Assembly: GCA_033763315.1 (NCBI GenBank)
Contig: JANRKS010000019.1
Coordinates: 192,001-256,000 of the forward strand
Length of the DNA: 64,000 bases
Direction of reading: 5' to 3'
From: Deltaproteobacteria bacterium
GTDB taxonomy: Bacteria > Myxococcota_A > Polyangia > Fen-1088
The notes under the pieces were generated by a model, which was not told the origin of the DNA, did no database searches, and was given only the letters and a program-made list of their open reading frames with translations. The position numbers and the translations under genes are program-made. This document shows positions 38,241 through 48,045 of the stretch, one piece after another (position 1 is the stretch's first letter; each line of letters begins with the position of its first letter).

Positions 38241-39092
38241 GTGATGACACGGATTCTGTTTGTGTTCGCGATGGCACTCGCTGCGCCAGCCTTGGCAGCG
38301 CCTAAAAAGGCAACGCCGCGCAAGCTTGTGATCATTGATCCGGAACTTGCGGTCACGGGCGAAAAAACGCAGGGCTTCATCGACGCCTTCGTTGCGCGAC
38401 TGGAAACGGTGGCGGGGTGGAAGCCTGGATCGCTTTCGGGGAAAGGCTTCTTGTCCGTCGAAGCGGCCGCGGAATATCTCAAGACGCAACGGCCGGCGTT
38501 TGCGCTTTTGGCCTCGCACGCGTTCGTGGTGTTGCGGCAGAAGCAAAAGCTGCTCGTGCTGGGGCATGCGGGCGTGTGGGATCCGAAGAAGCTGGCGTAT
38601 CGCGGGCTCGCGCTGGTGAACAGCAACGTGGGGGCGTTGCCTCATCAACAGCCGGGGATGCGGCTGGCCACCGACATCAAAGACATGCAGTGGTTGAACG
38701 TACTTTTCGATGGTTTGCTCAAGCCTGAAACCCACTTTCAGTTTGTGCCGGCGAAGAACGAGAACGAAGCCGTGGCAGCCGTGCGTGAGAAGCGCGCTGA
38801 CATGGCGTTGGTGTGGGGCGAACACCTCGACCGTTACAAAGACGATCTGAGATCTGAGGGTGGCAAGCTGCGCGTGGCTTTCAACTCGGCACCATTGCCG
38901 CCGCTGGCGCTGGTGGCAATGACGAAGAACACCACCGTTGCTGACACGAAAACGTTGGCCAAGGCCGTGGCCGAAGTGTGCAAAGGCAAACCGAACATCG
39001 ACACGTGTGCGAATTTGGGTTTCTTGTCTTTGGTGCCGGGCCCTGAAGAACTGCACCCCCACCTGGCTTATAAATACGACAACTACAAATAG
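38241..39092 (+). CDS. Periplasmic substrate-binding protein (PhnD/SsuA-like fold) with no neighbouring transporter
   Basis: Signal peptide ending ALA, AVAAVREKRADMA and SAPLPP resemble type-2 periplasmic binding proteins (inference). Confidence 0.55.
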   Translation: MMTRILFVFAMALAAPALAAPKKATPRKLVIIDPELAVTGEKTQGFIDAFVARLETVAGWKPGSLSGKGFLSVEAAAEYLKTQRPAFALLASHAFVVLRQKQKLLVLGHAGVWDPKKLAYRGLALVNSNVGALPHQQPGMRLATDIKDMQWLNVLFDGLLKPETHFQFVPAKNENEAVAAVREKRADMALVWGEHLDRYKDDLRSEGGKLRVAFNSAPLPPLALVAMTKNTTVADTKTLAKAVAEVCKGKPNIDTCANLGFLSLVPGPEELHPHLAYKYDNYK

Positions 39093-39099
39093 GCTTAGG

Positions 39100-40224
39100 A
39101 TGCGCCGCCTTCGCCTTCCTGTGTGGTTGGCTTGTTGTTTTGCTTGGGCCCTGGTTGGTTGTGCAACGGGGCCGCCTTGGTTTCTGGGCGCGCCTGTGCC
39201 TCCAAGCCCTGTTTCGGCGAAAGCCAACCGTGCGCCTTCGCACATTGAGGCAGACCTTCGCTCGTGCTTGCTGCAACAAGACCAGGTGTGTGCGGTGGCA
39301 CTGTTAACAGAGCTGCAACAACGGCGTCCTTTGCACGCTGACGAAGCGCAGTGGCTGGGAAGCTTGTTGTGGGCTCGTGCCAACCGGTACGCGGCGGCGA
39401 ACCAACATCGCGCGGCCGTTCGTGCCTATCGTGGCGCACAGGCGTTCGTTGATCTGCCTCCCGTGGTGCCGTGGCACTTGCAAGCGGGCGATGAAGCACT
39501 AGGCACGGGAGAGATCGACGAAGCGCAACAGCATTACAAACGCGCGATGCAGTTGCAGCCGGCGCACCCCGGTTTGCTTTTGCGCGCGTGGCTTTTGTCG
39601 GTGACGTCGGCGCAAAGCGTCCCGCACTTTGCGCAACAGGCGCCGTCGCTCGTTGACATCGGCCACGTTTTGCTCGCGCATCCCGCGCACGGCTTTGCTG
39701 AAGTGGCACACGCGTACCTAAGCCTAGGCGGCGCCGATCCCCTAGTTTTGCAGGCCGCGCTGAGGATCGCTGCCGCTGCCGATGACGAGGCACTTGAACA
39801 CTCTGTAAGGGCAGTCGGTGGCGCGGCTGATTTAGGGACGTTTTCGCGTTTTGCAAACAGAGTCGTCGCTTGCCCTGACGAGGCGTTGGTGCGGGCCGAC
39901 GTGCAGGCCAATCCTGAAACGTTGGCCGCCGCCGCCTGTGCCATGCAAAGCGGTGGGATGGCGTGGGCCGAACGACTGGTGAGCCGCGCCTTGTCGAACG
40001 CCGGCGACCCCGCGGCCACGCTCTTCGGTGCAGCCTTGTTGTGGGAGGCACATGGCGACCAAACGAGGGCTTGCAACGCTTGGTCGCGGCTGGCCATTCA
40101 GAGCCGCCGCCGCGTTCTCGCCCAACTTAAAGGGCGCTTCGACGCTTGCTCCGCCTTGTTTCCACAACTGCGGCCGGGCACATCGACCGCTGCAGACCTG
40201 CAAAGCGACGGCCTTCCGCTATAA
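39100..40224 (+). CDS. Helical (TPR-like) lipoprotein, hypothetical
   Basis: Lipobox LVGC and a TPR-like segment AQQHYKRAMQLQP. Start set at ATG 39100. Confidence 0.6.
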   Translation: MRRLRLPVWLACCFAWALVGCATGPPWFLGAPVPPSPVSAKANRAPSHIEADLRSCLLQQDQVCAVALLTELQQRRPLHADEAQWLGSLLWARANRYAAANQHRAAVRAYRGAQAFVDLPPVVPWHLQAGDEALGTGEIDEAQQHYKRAMQLQPAHPGLLLRAWLLSVTSAQSVPHFAQQAPSLVDIGHVLLAHPAHGFAEVAHAYLSLGGADPLVLQAALRIAAAADDEALEHSVRAVGGAADLGTFSRFANRVVACPDEALVRADVQANPETLAAAACAMQSGGMAWAERLVSRALSNAGDPAATLFGAALLWEAHGDQTRACNAWSRLAIQSRRRVLAQLKGRFDACSALFPQLRPGTSTAADLQSDGLPL

Positions 40225-40232
40225 ATGCAGGC

Positions 40233-40556
40233 ATGTCAGCTGAACCGTCATTGTTGGTGGTGCATGTTTTCGTAAACGTTTTGCCTCAACACGTGCAGGC
40301 CTTCAAAGCCGCCACGGTTGCCAACGCCAGCGCCAGCGTAAAGGAGCCGGGGATCGCACGTTTTGATGTCGTTCAAGATCGAGACGACGAAACACGGTTC
40401 GTGTTGGTGGAGGCATACAAAGACGCAGCCGCGGCCGCCGCTCACAAGGAAACCCCGCACTATAAGGTGTGGCGCGATGCTGTGGCGCCGATGATGGCCA
40501 GCCCACGCGAAAGCCGAAAGTTTGCCAACGTTTTTCCGGACAACAGCGGTTGGTGA
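40233..40556 (+). CDS. ABM/LsrG-family small monooxygenase or isomerase
   Basis: EPGIARFDV, FVLVEAY and HKETPHY..WR motifs. TGATG overlap with the next gene. Confidence 0.88.
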   Translation: MSAEPSLLVVHVFVNVLPQHVQAFKAATVANASASVKEPGIARFDVVQDRDDETRFVLVEAYKDAAAAAAHKETPHYKVWRDAVAPMMASPRESRKFANVFPDNSGW

Positions 40557-41707
40557 TGGGCGCGGTCTTCGAGTTCGCCACGGCGACGCGCATTGTGTTC
40601 GGTGCAGGGAAGGCTGCACTGGTGCCTGCCTTGGTCAAGGAATGTGGCGCAAGCAAAGTTCTGATCGTCACCGGGAAGCGGACAGAGCGCGCGCAACCCT
40701 TGGCTTTGGCACTCGCCGGTTTAGGGGTCGAACACGCGGTGTTCCCGATCGACGGTGAGCCCACGGTCGATCACGTGCGCCGTGGCGTGCTGGTGGGGCG
40801 TGGATGCGATGCGGTTGTGGGGTGGGGCGGGGGCAGCGCGCTTGATGGCGGCAAAGCCATCGCGGCTTTGTTGGGCAACGGCGGGGATCCGTTGGACTAC
40901 TTAGAAGTTGTGGGCCGTGGCCAAACCTTGTCTCGGCCTTCCCTGCCATTCGTGGCTGTGCCCACCACCGCAGGCACTGGTTCTGAGGTCACGCGCAACG
41001 CCGTGCTCGGTGTGCCGCAAAGCCAAGTGAAGGCAAGTTTGCGCAGCCCCTTCATGTTGCCTTCCGTGGCGGTTGTGGATCCTGATTTGCTGATCGGGCT
41101 GCCTACGGAGGTGCTGCGATCAAGCGCGCTTGATGCGTTGGCGCAAAACATCGAGCCGTTCTTGTCGTCCGCCGCAAACCCATTAACGGACGCGCTTTGC
41201 CAGCAGGGCATCGAACGCAGCGCGCGCAGTGTACGCCGCGCCGTTTTGGACGGCCCCGATGGCGCGGCCCGCGACGATCTGGCGCTTGCGAGCTTGTATG
41301 GTGGCTTGGCGTTGGCCAACGCCGGCTTGGGTGCCGTGCATGGGTTTGCCGCGCCCTTGGGAGGCATGTTCAATGCGCCTCACGGCGCTGTGTGTGCGGC
41401 ACTCTTGGCGGCCACCTTGGACGTGAACCACCGGGCCCTGCAATCGCGTGCGCCCACGCATGCGGCTTTACCGCGGTTTGAGAAGCTGGGCTTGTGGCTG
41501 GCGGGCGCTCCCGATGCGGGCGCCGCGGTGGCTTGGGTCATCAGCCTGTGTCGCGACCTGGGTGTACCCGGTCTGGCCACCTATGGGGTTCGCCCCGCCG
41601 ATGTGCCGCAGGTGGTCGCCAAAGCGAAAAGCGCGAGCAGCATGAAGAAGAACCCTCTGGTGCTGACGGACGAAGAATTGACCGAGATTTTGACCCGCTC
41701 GCTCTGA
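40556..41707 (+). CDS. Iron-containing alcohol dehydrogenase
   Basis: GEPT, GGGSALD, PTTAGTGSEVT, DAL, HGFA and PHG motifs. Confidence 0.92.
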   Translation: MGAVFEFATATRIVFGAGKAALVPALVKECGASKVLIVTGKRTERAQPLALALAGLGVEHAVFPIDGEPTVDHVRRGVLVGRGCDAVVGWGGGSALDGGKAIAALLGNGGDPLDYLEVVGRGQTLSRPSLPFVAVPTTAGTGSEVTRNAVLGVPQSQVKASLRSPFMLPSVAVVDPDLLIGLPTEVLRSSALDALAQNIEPFLSSAANPLTDALCQQGIERSARSVRRAVLDGPDGAARDDLALASLYGGLALANAGLGAVHGFAAPLGGMFNAPHGAVCAALLAATLDVNHRALQSRAPTHAALPRFEKLGLWLAGAPDAGAAVAWVISLCRDLGVPGLATYGVRPADVPQVVAKAKSASSMKKNPLVLTDEELTEILTRSL

Positions 41708-41787
41708 CCGCGCCGACCGCAAACGGCGCGCGGCCGGCTCGCTTTCTTGTTTCGCAACCATTGCACGCCTGTGGTAAAGAGCCGCGC

Positions 41788-42900
41788 ATGTCCAAGCACG
41801 TAGGCATCATTGGCTGGCGCGGCATGGTGGGATCCGTGCTCCTCGACCGCATGGTTGAAGAGCGCGATTTTGATCACATCCAGGCGCACTTTTTCTCGAC
41901 CTCCCAAACGGGCCAAGCGGGCCCCACGGTGGGCGGGAAAGCCACGGGCGCTTTGCAAGATGCCAATTCCATCGCGGCGTTGGCCAAGATGGACATCCTG
42001 ATTAGCTGCCAAGGCGGCGATTACACAAAGCAGGTGCACCCCGCGCTGCGCGCCGCCGGTTGGCGCGGCTATTGGATCGACGCCGCAAGCACGCTGCGCA
42101 TGGAAAACGACGCGGTGATCATCTTGGATCCTGTGAACAAGGACGTGATGGCCAAGGCCATCTCAAGTGGTTGCAAGGACCTGATCGGCGGCAACTGCAC
42201 GGTAAGCTTGATGCTGATGGCCACGGCGGAACTGTTTCGCCAAGGCTGGGTGCAATGGGTGAATTCATCCACGTACCAAGCGGCATCGGGCGCGGGCGCC
42301 AAGAACATGCGTGAACTTGTGGCGCAGATGCGCATGATTGGCCAAGAGGCATCGGCCTTGGTGGATGATCCAGCCGCGTCGGCCTTGGTGCTCGACAAGC
42401 GCGTGACCGACACAATTCGCAGCGCGCCGTTTCCCACAAGCGAATTCGGCGCGCCCCTGGCCGCAAGCTTGATCCCCTTCATCGACAAACCCGTGGAAGA
42501 CGGTCAATCGAAAGAAGAGTGGAAGGGCATGGTGGAAACCAACAAAATCTTGGGCTGCAACCCAGCCATTCCTGTGGATGGCGTGTGCGTGCGCGTGGGC
42601 GCGATGCGCAGCCACAGCCAAGCGTTGACGATCAAGCTCACACGTGATGTGCCGCTTGATGAAATCAACGATGCTATTCGCCGCAGCAACGATTGGGTGC
42701 GTTTGGTACCCAACACCAAGGAAGACACGCTGCGCGGCCTCAGCCCGGCGGCGGTTAGCGGCACATTGAACGTTGCCATCGGCCGTGTGCGCAAGATGAA
42801 GATGGGGCCCGATTTCTTGTCGGCATTTACGGTGGGCGATCAACTATTGTGGGGCGCGGCTGAACCGTTGCGTCGCACATTGCGCATGTTGATCGATTAA
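41788..42900 (+). CDS. asd: Aspartate-semialdehyde dehydrogenase (proteobacterial type)
   Basis: GWRGMVGSVL, CQGGDYT, WIDAAS, GGNCTVSLM, YQAASGAG, HSQ and GDQLLWGAAEP motifs. Confidence 0.97.
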   Translation: MSKHVGIIGWRGMVGSVLLDRMVEERDFDHIQAHFFSTSQTGQAGPTVGGKATGALQDANSIAALAKMDILISCQGGDYTKQVHPALRAAGWRGYWIDAASTLRMENDAVIILDPVNKDVMAKAISSGCKDLIGGNCTVSLMLMATAELFRQGWVQWVNSSTYQAASGAGAKNMRELVAQMRMIGQEASALVDDPAASALVLDKRVTDTIRSAPFPTSEFGAPLAASLIPFIDKPVEDGQSKEEWKGMVETNKILGCNPAIPVDGVCVRVGAMRSHSQALTIKLTRDVPLDEINDAIRRSNDWVRLVPNTKEDTLRGLSPAAVSGTLNVAIGRVRKMKMGPDFLSAFTVGDQLLWGAAEPLRRTLRMLID

Positions 42901-44450
42901 TCGTAATACCCATCCACAAACCAATCACCGTTCTCACGATCTTGGTGCAAACGGTATAAAGCGCCGTCCGAGGCGTGCACATCCCAATAGTCCCGGCTCC
43001 AGCCTTCGTCTTTCCACCATTCGCTGCTGGTGCGGTAGGGGCCCGCGGCCACCAGGATGCGCGCGCTAAATCCGGTGCCGTGCATAGCGCTTGGCCCATC
43101 TCGGCCCATCAGAATCTCCACAGGCTGTGGTGGGCGATAACGGCGAATGCCAAGTTGTGGCGTTAACGTGTTTTGCTCCGCGGGCGCGGATGACCAACGC
43201 CACGGCACCATGTGACACTCTTCTTCTTTGAAGCTATCGGCCACTTGGGGTGCGCCCACATTTTCAGGGCCCACCAACGCCGTTAAGCGCGCGAGTGTGG
43301 CGGCCATGCGTTCAGGCGGCGGCCCCGCCGGGCGTAGAAAGTCCAACTGCACAGCACGCACGCGCGCGGGCCGCGCCAAGATCTCCGCGCCTATCACGGG
43401 CGAGGTGGGGGGGCGCCGCGCGATGTCCAAACGCAGCAGCTGCAACAATGTTTGTGCTTCACGCGTGGGCGCACCCATTTCAAGATCGCGCACGTCATAA
43501 CCGCGCGGTTCGAGCTTGAGTCGCAACGTCAAACCGTTGCACGCCAAATTGCGACAAGATAGCCGCGTCAACACGCGATCCACCAAGCCACGCAACACGA
43601 ACGCCAACGGTTCAATCGATTCAAGCGCGTAATCAAGCTCGGTGCCTTCAAGCACCGCATCGGGGGGCAACACGGGCGCAAAAGGTTCATCGTCACGCCC
43701 GGCAACCAAGCGGCGCAAGTGTGCGCCTTGCTCGCCCAAACGCAACGCCACGTCTTGCAGTGGCAGCGCCGCCAGATCGCCCAACCGCCGCACGCCCCAA
43801 CGTTGCAACTGTTCGCCCAGCTCGGCGATGGCGCGCACATCGGCCGGCAGGGCGGTGTCTTCATCACCGCTTTTGGTGAGCGCCTGCAAGCCCGCTTGCA
43901 AGGGCAGGGCGGCCAAAAACGCCGCGGCACCCGTGGGTGTGCTTGGCACCAACACGTGCTCGCCGGTGGCCCGTGTGGCGATGCGCGCGATGCCTTTGCT
44001 GCCAGCCACGGCCACGCGCACAGAAAGACCCAAGCGCGCCGCCCGCGATGTGATCGCCCGCGCAATGGCGGCTTCACCTTCGGGGTAAAGCTGCATCAGA
44101 TCTCCCACCTCGAAGAACACGCGGCCCGGTTCGGCGTCCACCCGGGGCGCAAAACTAAACCCCACATCGTTGAGCGCCGCTTGGGCCGCTTGCGTATCGG
44201 CTTCACTGCGCACCAACACCTCTAAACGATCGTCGAGCCGCGCGCTGCCCAACGCCCGCGCTTGATGCACTGTGAGTCCCTTGTGCAACCCCGCTTGCGC
44301 CGCCGCGCCTGTGAGCCCCACGATGCGTGCGCGTTCACCCGGGCCTGCCGCCAGCACGATGGCTTGTTGTTTGTGTTGCAGCCATTCCGGCGATCGCCGT
44401 AGCACCGCTTGCAATGCCAATTGAGGCGCATAGGCACAAGCCAAACGCAT
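42897..44450 (-). CDS. imuB: ImuB, catalytically inactive Y-family polymerase accessory protein
   Basis: Y-family fold segments without catalytic carboxylates, C-terminal GPYR..EWW..RDYW..LYRL..WF.DGYYD, and RBS GGAGG before ATG 44450. Confidence 0.88.
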   Translation of the reverse strand: MRLACAYAPQLALQAVLRRSPEWLQHKQQAIVLAAGPGERARIVGLTGAAAQAGLHKGLTVHQARALGSARLDDRLEVLVRSEADTQAAQAALNDVGFSFAPRVDAEPGRVFFEVGDLMQLYPEGEAAIARAITSRAARLGLSVRVAVAGSKGIARIATRATGEHVLVPSTPTGAAAFLAALPLQAGLQALTKSGDEDTALPADVRAIAELGEQLQRWGVRRLGDLAALPLQDVALRLGEQGAHLRRLVAGRDDEPFAPVLPPDAVLEGTELDYALESIEPLAFVLRGLVDRVLTRLSCRNLACNGLTLRLKLEPRGYDVRDLEMGAPTREAQTLLQLLRLDIARRPPTSPVIGAEILARPARVRAVQLDFLRPAGPPPERMAATLARLTALVGPENVGAPQVADSFKEEECHMVPWRWSSAPAEQNTLTPQLGIRRYRPPQPVEILMGRDGPSAMHGTGFSARILVAAGPYRTSSEWWKDEGWSRDYWDVHASDGALYRLHQDRENGDWFVDGYYD

Positions 44451-44466
44451 AAACCACCTCCCGCGT

Positions 44467-45138
44467 TCAAACGGCGCGCGGCCAATGCAAAGCCACATCG
44501 CGCTTGGCATTGGTTGTTTCACCGCTGTTCCGCTCCACAACCGCCTGCGTGTGCAAATCCACGAGCAATGCCGGCGTGGCGCCGCCGCCTGCAAACCCGG
44601 GCCGCCCCGGCTGCAGCCGCAACGCCACACGCCCCAAAGCGCCCTGCGGGCGGTAAGGCGCGCCCACCACCAAAGCCGTGCGCTGTTCCGCTGCCGTGCG
44701 CTTTAAGCGCTGCCAGGCGCCCATAGGGGCTTTGGCTTGCTGATCCCCAAAATCAATCGCCAGCAAACCAAAGCCCCCTGCGCCCAACACCATATCTGCC
44801 GCTGGTAACGCCTGGACCGCGTCACACCGTACCCACAGCAAACGCACAAGGGGTACCCCCAGCGTTTGCGCCCAGCGCGGATCCAACCCGCCGCCCACAT
44901 CCACCAAAGCCGCAGCCTCCCCGGCGGCCAAGGCATTTCCCAACGACATCAACAGCAACGTCATCCTTCCACTCGACCGCGGGCCCGCCACCTCACTCAA
45001 CCCCCCCCGCGGCCATCCACCCCCAATCACCTCATCCACCACGGCCATACCCGTGCCCAGCCTCCCGCCCGTTTCCCGTTGCTCCAAAACCCGGGCTGGA
45101 ACCAGATGTGCCGCCAGAGCTGAAGACCACGTTGCCAT
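44467..45138 (-). CDS. imuA: ImuA, RecA-like protein of the SOS mutagenesis cassette
   Basis: TG...D..GGWPRG.LSEV.G..SSGR (degenerate Walker A), ALVD, LDP, RLLWV and W.RL. Directly upstream of imuB. Confidence 0.85.
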   Translation of the reverse strand: MATWSSALAAHLVPARVLEQRETGGRLGTGMAVVDEVIGGGWPRGGLSEVAGPRSSGRMTLLLMSLGNALAAGEAAALVDVGGGLDPRWAQTLGVPLVRLLWVRCDAVQALPAADMVLGAGGFGLLAIDFGDQQAKAPMGAWQRLKRTAAEQRTALVVGAPYRPQGALGRVALRLQPGRPGFAGGGATPALLVDLHTQAVVERNSGETTNAKRDVALHWPRAV

Positions 45139-45145
45139 GCAAGCG

Positions 45146-45173
45146 ATGGTAACTGATCGGATGTTCAGGTCAA
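45146..45173 (-). promoter_or_regulatory. imuAB promoter with an embedded Myxococcus-type LexA box
   Basis: Minus strand TTGACC-16 nt-TACCAT-7 nt-ATG. The spacer holds CTGAACATCCGATCAG (45153-45168), close to the M. xanthus LexA consensus CTRHAMRYBYGTTCAGS. Confidence 0.8.
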
Positions 45174-45256
45174 GCGGTGGCGACGGCCTATTTCGTAGGT
45201 TGGCGAGATCACTCAGAGATCTGTTGCGTGTCCCTTTGGCGCGCTAACAGCTGCCT

Positions 45257-46066
45257 ATGAACCTACTTTATGCCGTGTTTGTGGGGGCGATGGCCGCCAG
45301 CGCTTGTCATCCCCGTGGATCACAAGTGTCGATCAACAAACCCGGTTGGCAACTTGTGTGGCACGACGAGTTTGATCAAAGCGGCCCACCGGATCCCACA
45401 CGTTGGAGCTACGAAGAAGGCTACGTGCGCAACAACGAGAAGCAGCTCTACACGCGTCGCTTGGAAAACGCGCGCGTTGAGAACGGCCAGCTCGTGCTGC
45501 AAGCGCGTAAGGGTGATCTCGAAGGGCACGCGTTTACGTCGGCCAGTTTGCACACCAAAGGCAAAGCGGAATTCACCTACGGTCGCATCGAAGTGCGCGC
45601 GCAGCTGCCGTTTGGCCGCGGTGTGTGGCCCGCGATATGGACCTTGGGCGCGCCTCCTCACCAACGGCAACAGTGGCCAGAATGTGGCGAGATCGATTTG
45701 ATGGAATACGTGGGCTTCGAACCCAACGTCATTCACACCACGATCCACACGGGCGCGTACAACCACGTTAAAGGCACGCACAAATCAGCCCACACAAAGG
45801 TGGACGTGGATCCCACCACAACGTTCAACGTCTATGCGATCGAGTGGACGCCTGAACGCATCGATTTTTTCTTCAACGAACAGCACGTGTTCACCTACGC
45901 GAACGAACACAAGACGCACGCCGAGTGGCCCTACGATGATCCTGAATACATCCTGTTGAGCCTGGCCATCGGCGGCAATTGGGGCGGCCAACACGGCATC
46001 GATGAATCCGTGTTTCCACAAGCCATGCGCGTGGACTACGTACGCGTGTGGCAACGGTCGCGGTAG
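45257..46066 (+). CDS. GH16 glycoside hydrolase (laminarinase-like), probable lipoprotein
   Basis: WHDEF, NNEKQ.Y, YGRIEVRA, WPAIW, catalytic EIDLME and VDYVRVWQ motifs. Confidence 0.93.
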   Translation: MNLLYAVFVGAMAASACHPRGSQVSINKPGWQLVWHDEFDQSGPPDPTRWSYEEGYVRNNEKQLYTRRLENARVENGQLVLQARKGDLEGHAFTSASLHTKGKAEFTYGRIEVRAQLPFGRGVWPAIWTLGAPPHQRQQWPECGEIDLMEYVGFEPNVIHTTIHTGAYNHVKGTHKSAHTKVDVDPTTTFNVYAIEWTPERIDFFFNEQHVFTYANEHKTHAEWPYDDPEYILLSLAIGGNWGGQHGIDESVFPQAMRVDYVRVWQRSR

Positions 46067-46302
46067 ACGACGCTTTTGGCTAGTTCTATATCTTTAGTCG
46101 CTTGCACTTTTGTCATAGGCGACAAGAAGTGGTTATCAATCCAATAGCTTAGGGTTGCTGTCCTATAGGGCATATCCCGTCATACACATGACTTATGAGA
46201 AGCGGATTCACTCGCCAGGCCTCCGCGTTTAGAGCATGCTAACCGCCTCACTGAAGCGACTCTTTACTGAGAGCCGCTGGTCCTCTTGAGGAAGGCTGTT
46301 CG

Positions 46303-48006
46303 ATGAAGTTCCGTATCGGCTTGGCTCTAAGTGCGTGTGCAAGCGTCTTGCTATTGGGAGGCTGCTCAAGTGGTGGCGGAACCTCTGACGAAAACCAAGG
46401 CGGCGAGGGCGGTGGAGGCGGCGGTGGTGACTCGGGCGGCAACGCCGGCGGCGACGCTGGTTCTTCTTCCTCATCTGGCGGAGGCAAAGGCGGCACAGCG
46501 ACGTCGCAAGGTGGCGGTGGTGGTGCGGATGATGGCGGAAGTTCCCCGGGCTCGTTGCCGCTGTTGACCAAAGCCGTCAACGACAGCAACTGGGGCGAAG
46601 GCTTCAAAGTCGCTGTGCCCCCGGGCGTCGTGATTCTGCCTGGCGGCACTCAGTACATAGCGGGGCCCAAATTCGCTAAACCGCTCCCTGTGTGGAGCGG
46701 CATGTCCCGCACAATGAACTTGCTCAAGAGCAGCACGGCCGATAAGCGCAACACAGTTAAGATCTTGTTCTACGGACAGTCGATCACGCGACAAGAGTGG
46801 TTTGTCACTGTCACAGATGAGCTCAAGAAGCAGTTTCCGAATGCTGATATACAAACCTGGATGTTGGCGGCCGGCGGCATGGCCGCGGATCGAATGCGGC
46901 GCGCTTCTGAACATGATGTGATTCCTCTATATCCAGATTTGATCATCTACCAGAACTACGGCGGATACACGGACATCGACGGGATTTTGCAGGATTGGCG
47001 TTCACGGACCACCGCTGAAATCATCATTCAAAATTGGCATTTGGGCAGTGACGCTGGGAACGCCGGTGTGGACCGCATGTCGTATCTCTTCATCCCAGAT
47101 GTCGCTCGCCGCTTGGGTGCCGAGTTCCTCGATTCGCGCACGGCGTTCAAGGAATATATTGCCGCCAAGAACCTTTCGAATACAGGCCTTACCGGGGATG
47201 GCATCCATCTCAATGCCGAGGGCATGACGGTGATGGCCAAGCTTCATGTTGATCTGTTCAAGAACTATCCAGCCGCCACCGTGACCGATCCACTGGCGAT
47301 GGTGAATACGTTCGAGGTTGGTAAAGATGTGAAGTGGAACGGCGGCACTTTGGCGTTCGAGTTCGAAGGCAATCGAGTTGATCTTATTGTGAGCAACGGC
47401 TCTATGGTTGCGGCTGAGGCCGCCACAATTCTTGTCGATGGAAAGAAGCCCTCAGAATTTCCAGGAAACTACGCGTTCACGCGGCCCAATGGGGATGGCA
47501 AGAACATCAACAAGCCCGAGCCAGGTTGGCCTTGGACACCAGGGGCGGTGATGCGCGTGGATTCCATGGCTGCACGCGTGGTTGAGGATTGGACACTGAA
47601 AATCACCAATCGCAATGGCTCTAATTTCTCGTTCACAGTTGAAGGTTCTGTTACGGGGCCTGATGGCGGCGGGATGGTTATGGGCGCCAACGGCACAGGT
47701 ACAGGAACGACGTCGTTCGTATCGAATTCCAAGCGGGTCGTGATCAAGCCGAGCGACTGGCAGTTCGAAGGCGCGATGAAGGAATGGAACCTTGCCACCA
47801 ACCAGGTCGTTTGGAAGTCAATCGCTTTGTCCACGGATGTGTTCCCACCGAAAGCTGTGAATGCCTCAGACAGCAAGATCGAGTATGCCGTGACGTTGTT
47901 TCAGGGCCTGCCAAACGGGAAGCATAAAGTCGAGATCAAGACCAAGGACGGCAAGTCATTGCCGCTCGCCTCGGTTAGAACTTTCAGACCGCCGCTGAAG
48001 TTGTAG
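46303..48006 (+). CDS. SGNH/GDSL-like hydrolase lipoprotein with a beta-rich C-terminal domain
   Basis: Lipobox GGC, Gly/Ser linker, FYGQSIT (block I), PDLII and DGIHLN (block V). Confidence 0.75.
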   Translation: MKFRIGLALSACASVLLLGGCSSGGGTSDENQGGEGGGGGGGDSGGNAGGDAGSSSSSGGGKGGTATSQGGGGGADDGGSSPGSLPLLTKAVNDSNWGEGFKVAVPPGVVILPGGTQYIAGPKFAKPLPVWSGMSRTMNLLKSSTADKRNTVKILFYGQSITRQEWFVTVTDELKKQFPNADIQTWMLAAGGMAADRMRRASEHDVIPLYPDLIIYQNYGGYTDIDGILQDWRSRTTAEIIIQNWHLGSDAGNAGVDRMSYLFIPDVARRLGAEFLDSRTAFKEYIAAKNLSNTGLTGDGIHLNAEGMTVMAKLHVDLFKNYPAATVTDPLAMVNTFEVGKDVKWNGGTLAFEFEGNRVDLIVSNGSMVAAEAATILVDGKKPSEFPGNYAFTRPNGDGKNINKPEPGWPWTPGAVMRVDSMAARVVEDWTLKITNRNGSNFSFTVEGSVTGPDGGGMVMGANGTGTGTTSFVSNSKRVVIKPSDWQFEGAMKEWNLATNQVVWKSIALSTDVFPPKAVNASDSKIEYAVTLFQGLPNGKHKVEIKTKDGKSLPLASVRTFRPPLKL

Positions 48007-48045
48007 GTGAAGGCAACGGCATGGGTATTGCCTCACTCATTTGCG

